Below are positions 25,685-34,723 of a stretch of 64,000 nt of DNA, piece after piece. Each line of letters starts with the position of its first letter. Position 1 is the first letter of the stretch. The stretch comes from a virus. Location of the stretch: positions 1 through 64,000 of IMG/VR virus record IMGVR_UViG_3300020581_000010. One strand, written 5' to 3'. A program made the translations under genes and the position numbers. The notes beneath the pieces were generated by a model. That model was not told where the DNA came from, ran no database searches, and was given only the letters and a program-made list of their open reading frames with translations.

Positions 25685-26152
25685 ATGGACGCCACGGACG
25701 CAATAACCCTTTCAGACGAAGCCCTGCAATCGCTCACGACGAACTACCGCGACCACCACGCGGGGCCGTACCATGACCGCGAAATGGCGTGGGTGCTGCT
25801 CGGCACAGGGCATCACGTCGTGAGGGCGTTCCCAGACTGGTCATACCAGAGCGAAAAGACGCGGTTCAAGTTCGGGAAGACGGTCGGGACTGCCATTGCC
25901 AAGCTGATCGCTGATGATCCGGCGAGGTGCGTTCTCGGCACGGTCCACACCCACCCGCGAGGGCCGAACATCCTCAGCCCGTTCGACCAACGCGAGTGCG
26001 GCGAGTGGGTGGCACGACAGGAGATGTTTGAAGGACTGTTCGGGATCGTGTCCCGCGTGCAGGGCGGCATAGCGATAGGCGGTGGGGCGTGGTGTCAGTT
26101 CTTTTGGGTCAACCGGGTCGGCTACTTCCGGCCTGCGGAGGTCCGCTCATGA
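25685..26152 (+). CDS. JAB/MPN (JAMM) metallopeptidase
   Basis: Upstream Glu (REM..VLLG) and GTVHTHP....LSPFD = HxHx7Sx2D. Confidence 0.85.
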   Translation: MDATDAITLSDEALQSLTTNYRDHHAGPYHDREMAWVLLGTGHHVVRAFPDWSYQSEKTRFKFGKTVGTAIAKLIADDPARCVLGTVHTHPRGPNILSPFDQRECGEWVARQEMFEGLFGIVSRVQGGIAIGGGAWCQFFWVNRVGYFRPAEVRS

Positions 26153-26652
26153 GTCCCCGCCCTGACTTCGTGTCACCCGTCGAGGCGTCCGACATACTCG
26201 GCGTCAGCGTCATGGAAGTGAGGGACTTGGTCTCTTCGGGACTCATCGCCAGGGACGCCCGCTACGTCCGCCGCTTCAAGGTCTCTCTGTTCGGCCTGTA
26301 CCGCTACGCCCGTGCGAACCACCTCTCCATCCAGTCGCCGTGGCCTCAGCTCTACCCCGTGCTCGCCGTGGGGTTCCCCGCAGCGTTCATCGAGCAGCTA
26401 GACGACGCGGTGGGCAGTGAGCAACTGAGGTTGTTCGACGCATCGGTGGTGAACTTCCGCGAGGTGTTCGAGGAGCACGCCCCCTTAGCCGTGGTGGTTG
26501 ACACCAGCGTCAGGGGGCTATCGTTGCAAGAGGCGAGGATGGTGGCGGCTCAACTGGACTTCTGGCAGGCCGAGCCGGCGAGGACGGTGCGGACGGTCGG
26601 CGAAGTGATAAGCGACATGTACTCGCGGTGGCCTGGGAGCAATGGGGACTAG
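26149..26652 (+). CDS. Excisionase/MerR-type HTH with degenerate receiver-like domain
   Basis: VSPVEASDILGVS...V..LV.SG; P.AVVVD in C-half. Confidence 0.6.
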   Translation: MSPRPDFVSPVEASDILGVSVMEVRDLVSSGLIARDARYVRRFKVSLFGLYRYARANHLSIQSPWPQLYPVLAVGFPAAFIEQLDDAVGSEQLRLFDASVVNFREVFEEHAPLAVVVDTSVRGLSLQEARMVAAQLDFWQAEPARTVRTVGEVISDMYSRWPGSNGD

Positions 26653-26897
26653 TTGGCTTCGATTTGATCCTTCACGTCTTTGTCGATCATGGTCTTCAAT
26701 CTCTCTTCGTGTTCTTTGTGCCCCTCTTTTTCTTTTTCGGAATACGGCCCGTGAGCCTCATCGTATTCCTTGACCTTGTCGTCGATGAACTTCTTGCAGT
26801 CCTTGCAAAACGCTAAGTGGTCGGCAAATGTCAGCCTCTCTGCGGACGACATTTCTTCCGGCCATCGCAAATTCGATCGGAACTCTTCGCATGTCAT
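26649..26897 (-). CDS. zf-HC2 (ZAS) anti-sigma-like small protein
   Basis: MTCEEF...HLAFCKDC (C..Hx3Cx2C). Confidence 0.65.
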   Translation of the reverse strand: MTCEEFRSNLRWPEEMSSAERLTFADHLAFCKDCKKFIDDKVKEYDEAHGPYSEKEKEGHKEHEERLKTMIDKDVKDQIEAN

Positions 26898-28498
26898 TTT
26901 CCGTTTGCCGTTGCCGACACCCTCCCATTCGCATGGACTTCTTTTGCACGCCCACGCCTCTTGAGAATTTCCAGCACTTCCTCAATTGTCTCGCCATCGG
27001 TCCAAGCCTTCTTGGTGTGGCTTTTCAATCCGAGATCGGCAGGTCCAACTTGTGCCGCTTCCTTGTCACCTTGGCCAAGTGCTGCCGTCATCGGGTCGGA
27101 CGGCACCATTGCCCCACCGCCCGTGCCCGGTTGCTGGCCGGTTCCGCCGATCCATTCCTTGTCCCTGTCCGACGGCTTCAGCCCGACAAGCTGTCTGAAT
27201 TCGCCGACCGTAATTACGCCCGGTTTCGACGCTGCCGCGTTCGCTCGTTCGAGATCGAACTTCTCATCGCTCGGCTTCTTGCCGTGCAAGTGCAGATGAA
27301 CGTCTTCGCTGTACCACGGATGAATCAGACCGACTGTCAACGCACTTGCGAACTTCGCCAACATTGGGTCTAAGCTGCTGTAATGGAAGCTCATGATCGA
27401 AGCGTGGTCGGTCGCAAAGTTGTCGTGGCCAGAAAGGCCGGCAATCGCTTTGTTCAGGCCGAATGCCGCGAGCGTGAATTCTAACAACTGATCCCAAGAT
27501 TTTTCCCAGCCCATTTCTGCCGGGCTGTTCGTGAACGGGGTCAGTTTGCTGAACGGCGGGGCGACGAACGGGATTCCAGAATTCTCTGCCCCACCGTAGA
27601 TGTTGACCAACTGCTCCCTCAGCCTCTCCATGTCCTTCGCCGATGGCTGAAACGCCAAACTGTCGAAACTCAACATAAACCGCTGTTTCAGCCCCTGCTT
27701 CATCTCGTTCGCCCGGCTCAAATCCATCTGCCTCACCACGTCCGTCTGTGCAGCAATCGCAAAGAGGCAGGCATATCCCGTCCACCGGAAGAACGGGTGA
27801 GGGTCTTTGACCATCACGATCTGCTCGGCGGGGACCACCGTCCCGACCCCCTGCTGGACTGGAATCTGTGCGTATGGTCCTGCGGGTAGCCACGGCTGCA
27901 CCAGCCATGCCCCGTTAGGCCACAGGGGGCTGATGGGCTGCGGGATCAACGACGCAGTGGAGAGGACGTAGGCTTCCTGCGGGCGGTCCCATTCGATGTC
28001 CAGTTCCCAAGGCGTCCAGATGGGGGCCATGCCAGTGAGGCACTTCTGCAAGTTTCCCTGTTCAAGGATGTCAGCCAGCGTTTCCTTGGGGTTCGGATGG
28101 CTGAGGAATTCGACCACCTCGTCCTTGGGGTAGACGGGGATTCGCCTGTCGGGTTCTCGCGGGTCCAATTCGTAGAACTCGGCCTCAGCCTGGTAGAAAT
28201 GGCGGTTCAGCGTGTTGATGGCCAAGAACACTTGAGAGAAGTACTGCCGGCTGAGCTGGAACCAATTCTGATCGGCGTAGCCTGGGGCGTTGACCCTCTG
28301 GGCAGACCAGAAGAATCGGTAGGCATCGAACGTGCTGAGGACGTTCTGGCTGCCATAGTCGGCGATGTCCGTGAGCGGCTGGACGCGATTCGGTGGGCCG
28401 GTGTCCCTCCACCGTCGCCACCACGCCGAGCTGTTGCTGGACATGCTCGGAGCTGCGAGCGATTGGGCTTTCTGGTTAGCGGAGCAAGTGTAGGGCAT
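26894..28498 (-). CDS. Portal protein (HK97 family)
   Basis: VFLAIN, LSHPNP, LTG, G.EN.G.P, SPAEM, LAAFG, GVITVGEFRQLVGL. Confidence 0.88.
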   Translation of the reverse strand: MPYTCSANQKAQSLAAPSMSSNSSAWWRRWRDTGPPNRVQPLTDIADYGSQNVLSTFDAYRFFWSAQRVNAPGYADQNWFQLSRQYFSQVFLAINTLNRHFYQAEAEFYELDPREPDRRIPVYPKDEVVEFLSHPNPKETLADILEQGNLQKCLTGMAPIWTPWELDIEWDRPQEAYVLSTASLIPQPISPLWPNGAWLVQPWLPAGPYAQIPVQQGVGTVVPAEQIVMVKDPHPFFRWTGYACLFAIAAQTDVVRQMDLSRANEMKQGLKQRFMLSFDSLAFQPSAKDMERLREQLVNIYGGAENSGIPFVAPPFSKLTPFTNSPAEMGWEKSWDQLLEFTLAAFGLNKAIAGLSGHDNFATDHASIMSFHYSSLDPMLAKFASALTVGLIHPWYSEDVHLHLHGKKPSDEKFDLERANAAASKPGVITVGEFRQLVGLKPSDRDKEWIGGTGQQPGTGGGAMVPSDPMTAALGQGDKEAAQVGPADLGLKSHTKKAWTDGETIEEVLEILKRRGRAKEVHANGRVSATANGK

Positions 28499-28926
28499 TA
28501 AGCCACCTTGACAGATTCATTCTTGACGAAAACGCCGTCCTTCATGGTCCCGATGGGTTCCGCCTTGTACTTGCTAGCCAAGTAGACGTTGTTGTCCTCA
28601 TCTGCCACGATGGCGTCCGCCCGGAAAGGCAAGCCACGGAGTGGATATTCCCCGTCCTCAATCTTGCCCCAGTCTGGGCTTTCGAGGTACAGGAGGATGG
28701 TTTTGCCCGCGTCCCACGGTTGCCATTCGACTACCTTGGCATTCTTGAAGTGGTCGCACCACAACGTCCCGACGCTGAGTTTCTTGTTGCTGAGGCTTAC
28801 GAACAAGTCGAGGACCAGCTCGGGAGTGATGACGAATCCCTGCACGCTTCGCCCGACGAATCTCTTCGCATGGGCAATCTCCTCAGGTGTCATCTGGGAA
28901 ACAATCGCTGCTAGTTCATCTGTCAT
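28498..28926 (-). CDS. Hypothetical protein
   Basis: GAGGA RBS; coupled to portal. Confidence 0.6.
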   Translation of the reverse strand: MTDELAAIVSQMTPEEIAHAKRFVGRSVQGFVITPELVLDLFVSLSNKKLSVGTLWCDHFKNAKVVEWQPWDAGKTILLYLESPDWGKIEDGEYPLRGLPFRADAIVADEDNNVYLASKYKAEPIGTMKDGVFVKNESVKVA

Positions 28927-28994
28927 TGTCTGTCCTCAAAGTGGCCCGCCGGGCCGTTTTCAATCTAAATTGAAACATGCCCCAGGGGCAGATT

Positions 28995-29440
28995 TCACTT
29001 CCCCGCCTTCGCCAGTTCCTTCTTCGGTTCTGCCTTGGGTTCGACTTTCGGTTCCGGCAACAGCCCCATCCTGATCTTGTTGTCGCGGATCGTGGTGACG
29101 ACTTTCTGAGTCTGGAACCACTTCCGCATCTCGGCTTCCACCGCCTGCTTGTGCTCCGGCTTCAGCAGAGACAGCTTGGCCTGGGCGTTCTGCTCGTTGC
29201 CCTTCGGTCGCTCGATGCTCTCGATCCGTGCTGCGGACTCCGGCAGGTCGGCGTGCAGGTAGAACAGGATTAAGGCGTACGCAGCGTGGGCCATCGTGGG
29301 GAACGTCGGGGCGTTCTCAAGCATCTCCCCGTTGTCGAACTCCGGCAGCGGCTGGAAGGCACGGTGCGGGGCGAAGTATTTCACCCCCGGAAAGAAGATG
29401 GATTGCCCATTGACGACGTGCGGCGGTTTCTCGTTCGGCA
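28995..29440 (-). CDS. Hypothetical protein
   Basis: Likely start MPNEKPP after GGAG. Confidence 0.5.
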
Positions 29441-29539
29441 TGACTCGCTCCAGGTTTGCAGTTGCAATCTCTCGCTTTAAAGAATACGCTTTCTGATGGA
29501 CACGTACAAGCGTTATCACTCCAATGGAGGGTTTCTGCC

Positions 29540-30235
29540 ATGTCTACCGCCGTCGTTGAACCTGTCGAACCGAAAGCGAAGCCCATCGACCCGGCACCGC
29601 CCGCCGATCCGCTTTTCGCAAGGATCGTTGCCAAGTACACCACGGCCTACCGTGCCCTGTCCGCCAAGGTCAGGGCCGGTACGAAGGAAGTGTTCGGAGA
29701 CCTGTGGAGCCTTGAGCAAGAGGCGTCCGCAGCGATCAGGGCAATGAGTCCTGCTGCCTACTACGACTTCGTGTCTGAAGCGAACATCGAACCCCACCAC
29801 GACAGCAACCGACCGATCACCCCAGCGATGATCGACAAGGCGTCCGAGATATGCCAGGCCCGCATCGACTCGCTGACCCGCGTCGTCGGCGGCACGGTCG
29901 AGAAGAAAAAGACTGTCGTCAAGCCCGAAGACTACGAGGTCAACACCACCATCGTCGCACCGACCCTGACCGGCGTGCAGGCCGTGAAGCCCGCGAAGAT
30001 GGACGGCATCAAGGTAGCCAGTTCGGTTGACGTTGACCTCGACTCCCCTGACTGGGAGCGGGTGACGCCCACCATCGTTGACCCGCTGACGGGCACGTTC
30101 ACCGCGAGGTTCTTCAAGGAGCACAAGGCGGGTGCCAAGCTGACGCGGGTGAAGGTGGCGGCACCGCACGAGGCAGTGATCGAGGACCCGAACGCGAAGC
30201 CGCTTGAGAAAACTGGCGAACCGAAACCCGTTTAA
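29540..30235 (+). CDS. Hypothetical protein upstream of terminase
   Basis: GGAGG RBS, typical codon usage. Confidence 0.65.
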   Translation: MSTAVVEPVEPKAKPIDPAPPADPLFARIVAKYTTAYRALSAKVRAGTKEVFGDLWSLEQEASAAIRAMSPAAYYDFVSEANIEPHHDSNRPITPAMIDKASEICQARIDSLTRVVGGTVEKKKTVVKPEDYEVNTTIVAPTLTGVQAVKPAKMDGIKVASSVDVDLDSPDWERVTPTIVDPLTGTFTARFFKEHKAGAKLTRVKVAAPHEAVIEDPNAKPLEKTGEPKPV

Positions 30236-30262
30236 CCCGTTTTTTGACGGCTGGAAAACGGA

Positions 30263-30871
30263 ATGAGCGAGCGAACAGAGAAGGGGACATTCGCGGCCGG
30301 CAACAAGGGCGGACCCGGCAGGCCACGCAAGAAGGACGACGAACGCAAGAGGTACATCGAAGCCTTCCGCGAGACCGTCACCGTAGACGACTGGATCGCC
30401 ATCGTCCAGCAAGCCGTGACCCACGCCAAGAGCGACGACGCCAAGGAAGCCCACCAAGCCCGCGAGTGGCTGGCGAACTACCTCATCGGCAAAGACCCGT
30501 TCACCGTGATCGACCTCGCCGAGAAGATCGAAGGACTCGAAGAGGTGATCGCCAGCATCCAGAACAAGCCAATAGGTGCAAATGGACAGGCGGAATTTCC
30601 TGACAGTGACGACGGGGGCGATAACCCTCCACCAGCTGGGCCAGAGGGCCCAGGGCCTGTACCAGTGGCTCCCGCAACCGGCGAACCCGGTGGTCGAGCA
30701 AATCCGCCAGAGGCCCGAAGCGGTGATGACGCTGGCAGGGATGAAACCGGACCCGTGGCAGGTGAACCTGCTCCGCTCCAAGGCCGAGACGGTGTACGCC
30801 AACACGACACGCCAAGGCGGGAAAAGCCTGGTAGCTGGGGCGGTCGCCCTCCAGGTGGCATTGACTTCTGA
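30263..30871 (+). CDS. terS: Terminase small subunit (C-terminal tail overlaps TerL)
   Basis: KGTFAAGNKGGPGRPRK, AREWL..YLIGK. Confidence 0.75.
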   Translation: MSERTEKGTFAAGNKGGPGRPRKKDDERKRYIEAFRETVTVDDWIAIVQQAVTHAKSDDAKEAHQAREWLANYLIGKDPFTVIDLAEKIEGLEEVIASIQNKPIGANGQAEFPDSDDGGDNPPPAGPEGPGPVPVAPATGEPGGRANPPEARSGDDAGRDETGPVAGEPAPLQGRDGVRQHDTPRREKPGSWGGRPPGGIDF

Positions 30872-31451
30872 CGGCTCAACAACGCTCATCGTCAGCCCCT
30901 CGGAACGCCAGTCAATCGAACTGCTCCAAGAGAAGATTCTCCCTCTCTACCGCAAGCTGGGCCGACCCCTGGGTCTCCTCCGCGACAGCCAGACCTCCGT
31001 GCGGTTCGGCAACGGCTCACGCATCGTGGCCCTGCCCGGCAAGGAAGAGACCATCCGGTCCTTCTCGGCCGTTTCCTTGCTCATCCTTGACGAAGCCGCA
31101 CGCATACCGGACCCGCTGTTCTACTCAGTCGGTGCGTTCCTCGCGGTGAGTCACGGGCGGATGCTGGCGATGTCCACCCCTTTCGGGCAGCGGGGATGGT
31201 TCTACGAGGAGTGGAGGGGGGCAGGTGCGTACGAGCGGTTCGAGGTTCCGGCGTCGATGTGCCCACGCATCCCCGCGAAGTTCCTTGAGGAAGAGCGTAG
31301 GAAGATGGGGCCGCGATGGTTCGCTCAGGAGTACGGCAATTCCTTTGAGGCAGCGACGGGCAGTGTGTTCAACCCCGAAGACGTGGACGCCATGTTCGAC
31401 TTGGACGACCTGCCTGAAGGCGTGAGCCCTGAACAACTCGCCGGGGTGTAG
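30582..31451 (+). CDS. terL: Terminase large subunit, ATPase domain
   Basis: PDPWQ, RQGGKS (Walker A), SPSERQS, LILDEAA (Walker B), MSTPFG..GWFYE. Confidence 0.92.
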   Translation: MDRRNFLTVTTGAITLHQLGQRAQGLYQWLPQPANPVVEQIRQRPEAVMTLAGMKPDPWQVNLLRSKAETVYANTTRQGGKSLVAGAVALQVALTSDGSTTLIVSPSERQSIELLQEKILPLYRKLGRPLGLLRDSQTSVRFGNGSRIVALPGKEETIRSFSAVSLLILDEAARIPDPLFYSVGAFLAVSHGRMLAMSTPFGQRGWFYEEWRGAGAYERFEVPASMCPRIPAKFLEEERRKMGPRWFAQEYGNSFEAATGSVFNPEDVDAMFDLDDLPEGVSPEQLAGV

Positions 31452-31453
31452 CC

Positions 31454-32389
31454 GTGGAGTGGATCGTCAGCATCGACCTGGGGAAGATCAACGACTACAC
31501 CGCGTTCATCTGTGCGAGGAAGGCCGAGACGAACCCGCCTATCTACCTTGTCGAACACATCGAGCGGTTTGAAATTGGTCTGCCCACACTCTACCCCTCA
31601 GTCGTTCGTCGCATGAGGAAGGTACTCGGCAGCGAGAAGATGGAGGGAGCGAGGTTCATCGCGGACGGCACCGGCGTAGGCATGGCCGTGGTGGACATGT
31701 TCCGCGAGCACCAAGAGACACGCGGCGTCATCCCCATCAGTATCACTTGCGGCAAGCATGCTACTTGGAACCAAGAGGGCAACGCCTGGCATGTCCCAAA
31801 GCTGGAACTCATCTCCGTGATGCAATCGCTACTGCCGAGCAAGCGAGTGAAGATCAACGACGGCTCTGGTAGGACTGACAAGGCACACCCTGACGTGGAC
31901 CTCGGCCCGGTGCTGGCAAAGGAGATGAAGAGCTTTGACTGGACCCGCAAGCACAAGACCGACGACAGCCAAATGACTCTGGAGTTGTGGCGAGAAAAGA
32001 CGAACGATGACACCGTCCTCGCACTGGCCATGCTCCTGTGGTACGGCGAACGCGGCCGTGGCATCAACTACAACCTCGAACTAATTGGCGAGCGAATAGC
32101 CGCTGCGACCGACGAAGTGGTCAAGTACCCGTTCATCCGATTCTTCCGGCCCCACAAGACGTTCCAGCCCGTGCCAAAGGTCAACGGCCAGGAAGTACTC
32201 GGATGCCTTGGATACGACACCCAAGAGGAGGCGTTGCTGTTCTCCCTCGAACTGCTCAAGAGGGCAGGGGAACGGGTGAAGTTTGAGGCACCTGAGGACG
32301 TGCGGGAACTGGACGAACGGAAAAGGGCGAAGGTACTGGAGGACGTGGTCAGGATGATGGGGCAGAGGGGGATTGCGGTGAGGCGTTAG
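31454..32389 (+). CDS. Terminase large subunit, nuclease domain (separate gene) with C-terminal extension
   Basis: SIDLGKINDYTA, DGTGVG.AVVD, VPK.EL, DDTVLALA. Confidence 0.85.
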   Translation: MEWIVSIDLGKINDYTAFICARKAETNPPIYLVEHIERFEIGLPTLYPSVVRRMRKVLGSEKMEGARFIADGTGVGMAVVDMFREHQETRGVIPISITCGKHATWNQEGNAWHVPKLELISVMQSLLPSKRVKINDGSGRTDKAHPDVDLGPVLAKEMKSFDWTRKHKTDDSQMTLELWREKTNDDTVLALAMLLWYGERGRGINYNLELIGERIAAATDEVVKYPFIRFFRPHKTFQPVPKVNGQEVLGCLGYDTQEEALLFSLELLKRAGERVKFEAPEDVRELDERKRAKVLEDVVRMMGQRGIAVRR

Positions 32390-32660
32390 ATTCTGCTCTC
32401 TCCACATCGCGTTTGCATTCAGCAATTACGGCGTCTATCACGTCTAGAGGCTTGGCCGTGCTCTCCAAAAGGTGAACGCTTATCTGCCGACGCGTTCCGA
32501 AACTGTCATGCCAGAACCTAACGTCGATGACGTAGTTTTGTGGATCAAACGGGTCATTGGGTGACACCTGCACGTCTTGTACGGTGGCCAAAGTATTCCA
32601 GCCAGGACATGCCGTCCGCATCCGTTTGTTGATGGTATCTGCCCAAGCGACGGGGTTCAT
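32349..32660 (-). CDS. Hypothetical protein
   Basis: Overlapping start/stop chain. Confidence 0.45.
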   Translation of the reverse strand: MNPVAWADTINKRMRTACPGWNTLATVQDVQVSPNDPFDPQNYVIDVRFWHDSFGTRRQISVHLLESTAKPLDVIDAVIAECKRDVERAESNASPQSPSAPSS

Positions 32661-32944
32661 TGCTTGCCCTTTCCTACACTGACATTCCCCTTCTCATCGA
32701 CCGTCAGGCATTCGTCAGCCTTGACCTCTTGGATTGCTAATTGAGCGTGGCCTAGTTCGCGTACCACTTCGGCAACCTTCTCCAGTCCGTCCTTCTCAGG
32801 GAATAGCTGGACGTAGGCCGTGACGACGCTGCCGCAAGAAATGTCGAGCACGATGCGATGGACTCCATCAGCTTTCAGGCCGAGAGCCTCAGCGATTTTC
32901 CGGCAGGAATTGTCCCAGCCGCCGACTGGCAGGAACGCCATCAC
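32657..32944 (-). CDS. Hypothetical protein
   Basis: Overlapping start/stop chain. Confidence 0.5.
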   Translation of the reverse strand: MMAFLPVGGWDNSCRKIAEALGLKADGVHRIVLDISCGSVVTAYVQLFPEKDGLEKVAEVVRELGHAQLAIQEVKADECLTVDEKGNVSVGKGKQ

Positions 32945-33801
32945 TCGCCCTCCACGATGATCGGTTGCGGGTCGTCCACGTCGGCATATTCAAGCGTCAC
33001 TTTGTCGACGCCGAACGCTTTGTAAACGAAGTCCATGAGATTGCACCACTTATCGATCCATCTTTGCTTCTCTTCCTTCGTCATTCCCTTGACGGGCTTG
33101 ATCGTCACGCCCGGTGTCGGCTTGAACGTGAACAGCATGGGTTTGCCGTAGATCGCCTTGCCTTCCTCGTGGAGCTGCCTGATACGTTCGGCGATATTGC
33201 CGGGAACAAGAATGCCGCCATCCGATGAGCGAAGCAACGGAAACGGTTCGCCGTGTTCTATCATCGTCTTTTGACCATCCCTTCCTGCATGGCCTTCTGT
33301 TGTGCCAATCCGTACTTGTCCACGATAGCACACGCCGCCTTCATGGAGGCTTCCATCGCCGGCCCACGGAAGTATTCTACGCCCTGCGTGACGCCCTCAG
33401 ACAGCAAGAAAACAGCGATCCCTTCCTCTGTCCCCACTTCCTTGAGGAAGCACTGTACGCTGTCCCTGACCTTGCCCCGCCAGAGGCAGTCTTCGAGCGT
33501 GGCCAGGTCATCGTCTGGAACGCCGTCGATTGCGAGACCGAAGACTTGGGTGCAGAGGGGGAACTTGTGGTGGTCGGTCATGAATCGTTCCTCTCTTCCG
33601 TCCACGGATTCTTCAAGTGCTCCCATGCGTCATCAAACTTCCGCATGGCTTCGTCGGCGGTCTCGCCCTGTGCGTAAATGTCTCCATATCGTGCGTGCCA
33701 AAATGCTTTCGCTCCTTCGTGCGATGACGATAGCCGCAATTCCGGCCTGAACAAGACGCTCGGCCTGCATCGCTGGGATTCGGCGTAGGCGTTGGAATCG
33801 G

Positions 33802-34539
33802 TCATCTCCCATTCCTCTGTGCCACCAGCCCGTCCAGAAACGCCCGCCCCTTCTCGTCGTTCAGCATCCACCGCCCCGCAATCGCTGCCAGGGCCTCCGG
33901 GAACTCATCCGTCTGCAACTCAGGCTTGTTGATCGTCCGCCCCTTCCAGTGCCCTGACCAGTGGTCCCAGTCGCACCAGAGGGCCAGCCCTGCCTCGTGG
34001 CACTTCTGGTGGAACACCGTATCCTCTCCGCCTTCGAGCTGCGTCCCGCGGTCATTGTACACGTAGTGGAACCACGGCGGTGACATCCTCTTGAAGACTG
34101 ACGGGTGGTAGGCAACGGTGTGGGTGCCGATGTTGCCGATCCGCGTCAGGCCGGTCATCGTCGCGGCCTGGGCCTCTGTGTAACGCTTGGCGTCAACGTC
34201 CCACACGCAGGGGTTCTCGTTCGATGCGAGGTAGGGGAAGCCGAGAATGTCGGCCCTCCTAATGTGTTGCGTGGGATAGAACATCAGACAGACATTCTCT
34301 ATCGTCCCCACCGCCGGCACCGCGTCGTCGTCCACCATGATCAGCGGCACGTCCAGAGTCAGGCAAGCGTCCGCGAGCTGGTTCCGGGCCTGCGGTGTGT
34401 TCCGATGCGGCACGGGCATCACCAAGAGCCTGCCCCAGCCGTGGATGGACGCAAGCTCCTCAGCGAGCCACTTGAGCTGGTCAGTGCGGGACCATCCTGA
34501 GTAGGTAGGTAGGCCGAGAATGGCGAAAGGTTTGGTCAT
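33802..34539 (-). CDS. GT-A fold glycosyltransferase (GT2-like)
   Basis: LPTY, ARN.L, MVDDD, GGEDTVF, CD....SGH. Confidence 0.75.
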   Translation of the reverse strand: MTKPFAILGLPTYSGWSRTDQLKWLAEELASIHGWGRLLVMPVPHRNTPQARNQLADACLTLDVPLIMVDDDAVPAVGTIENVCLMFYPTQHIRRADILGFPYLASNENPCVWDVDAKRYTEAQAATMTGLTRIGNIGTHTVAYHPSVFKRMSPPWFHYVYNDRGTQLEGGEDTVFHQKCHEAGLALWCDWDHWSGHWKGRTINKPELQTDEFPEALAAIAGRWMLNDEKGRAFLDGLVAQRNGR

Positions 34540-34723
34540 TCCTCTTTCCGCTCCACAAGATCGTAGCTCTCAAGCAACCACGAGACGAAATACCCCATCG
34601 GCGTCTTCCAGGAATCGACCGTCTCAAGCATGGCCTTGAAAACGTCCGGCAGTTCCTTCTTGGCGAACCCGTGGAACTTCTCCATGAGTTCCTGCGATGC
34701 AACCTCGAATTCTTCGTCGCTCA

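Noticed and set aside
29516-30889. 457-aa minus-strand ORF and similar long antisense ORFs (37359-38231, 38385-39422, 13515-14366, 58522-59427)
   Set aside because: Shadow frames of well-supported genes in high-GC DNA; no motifs
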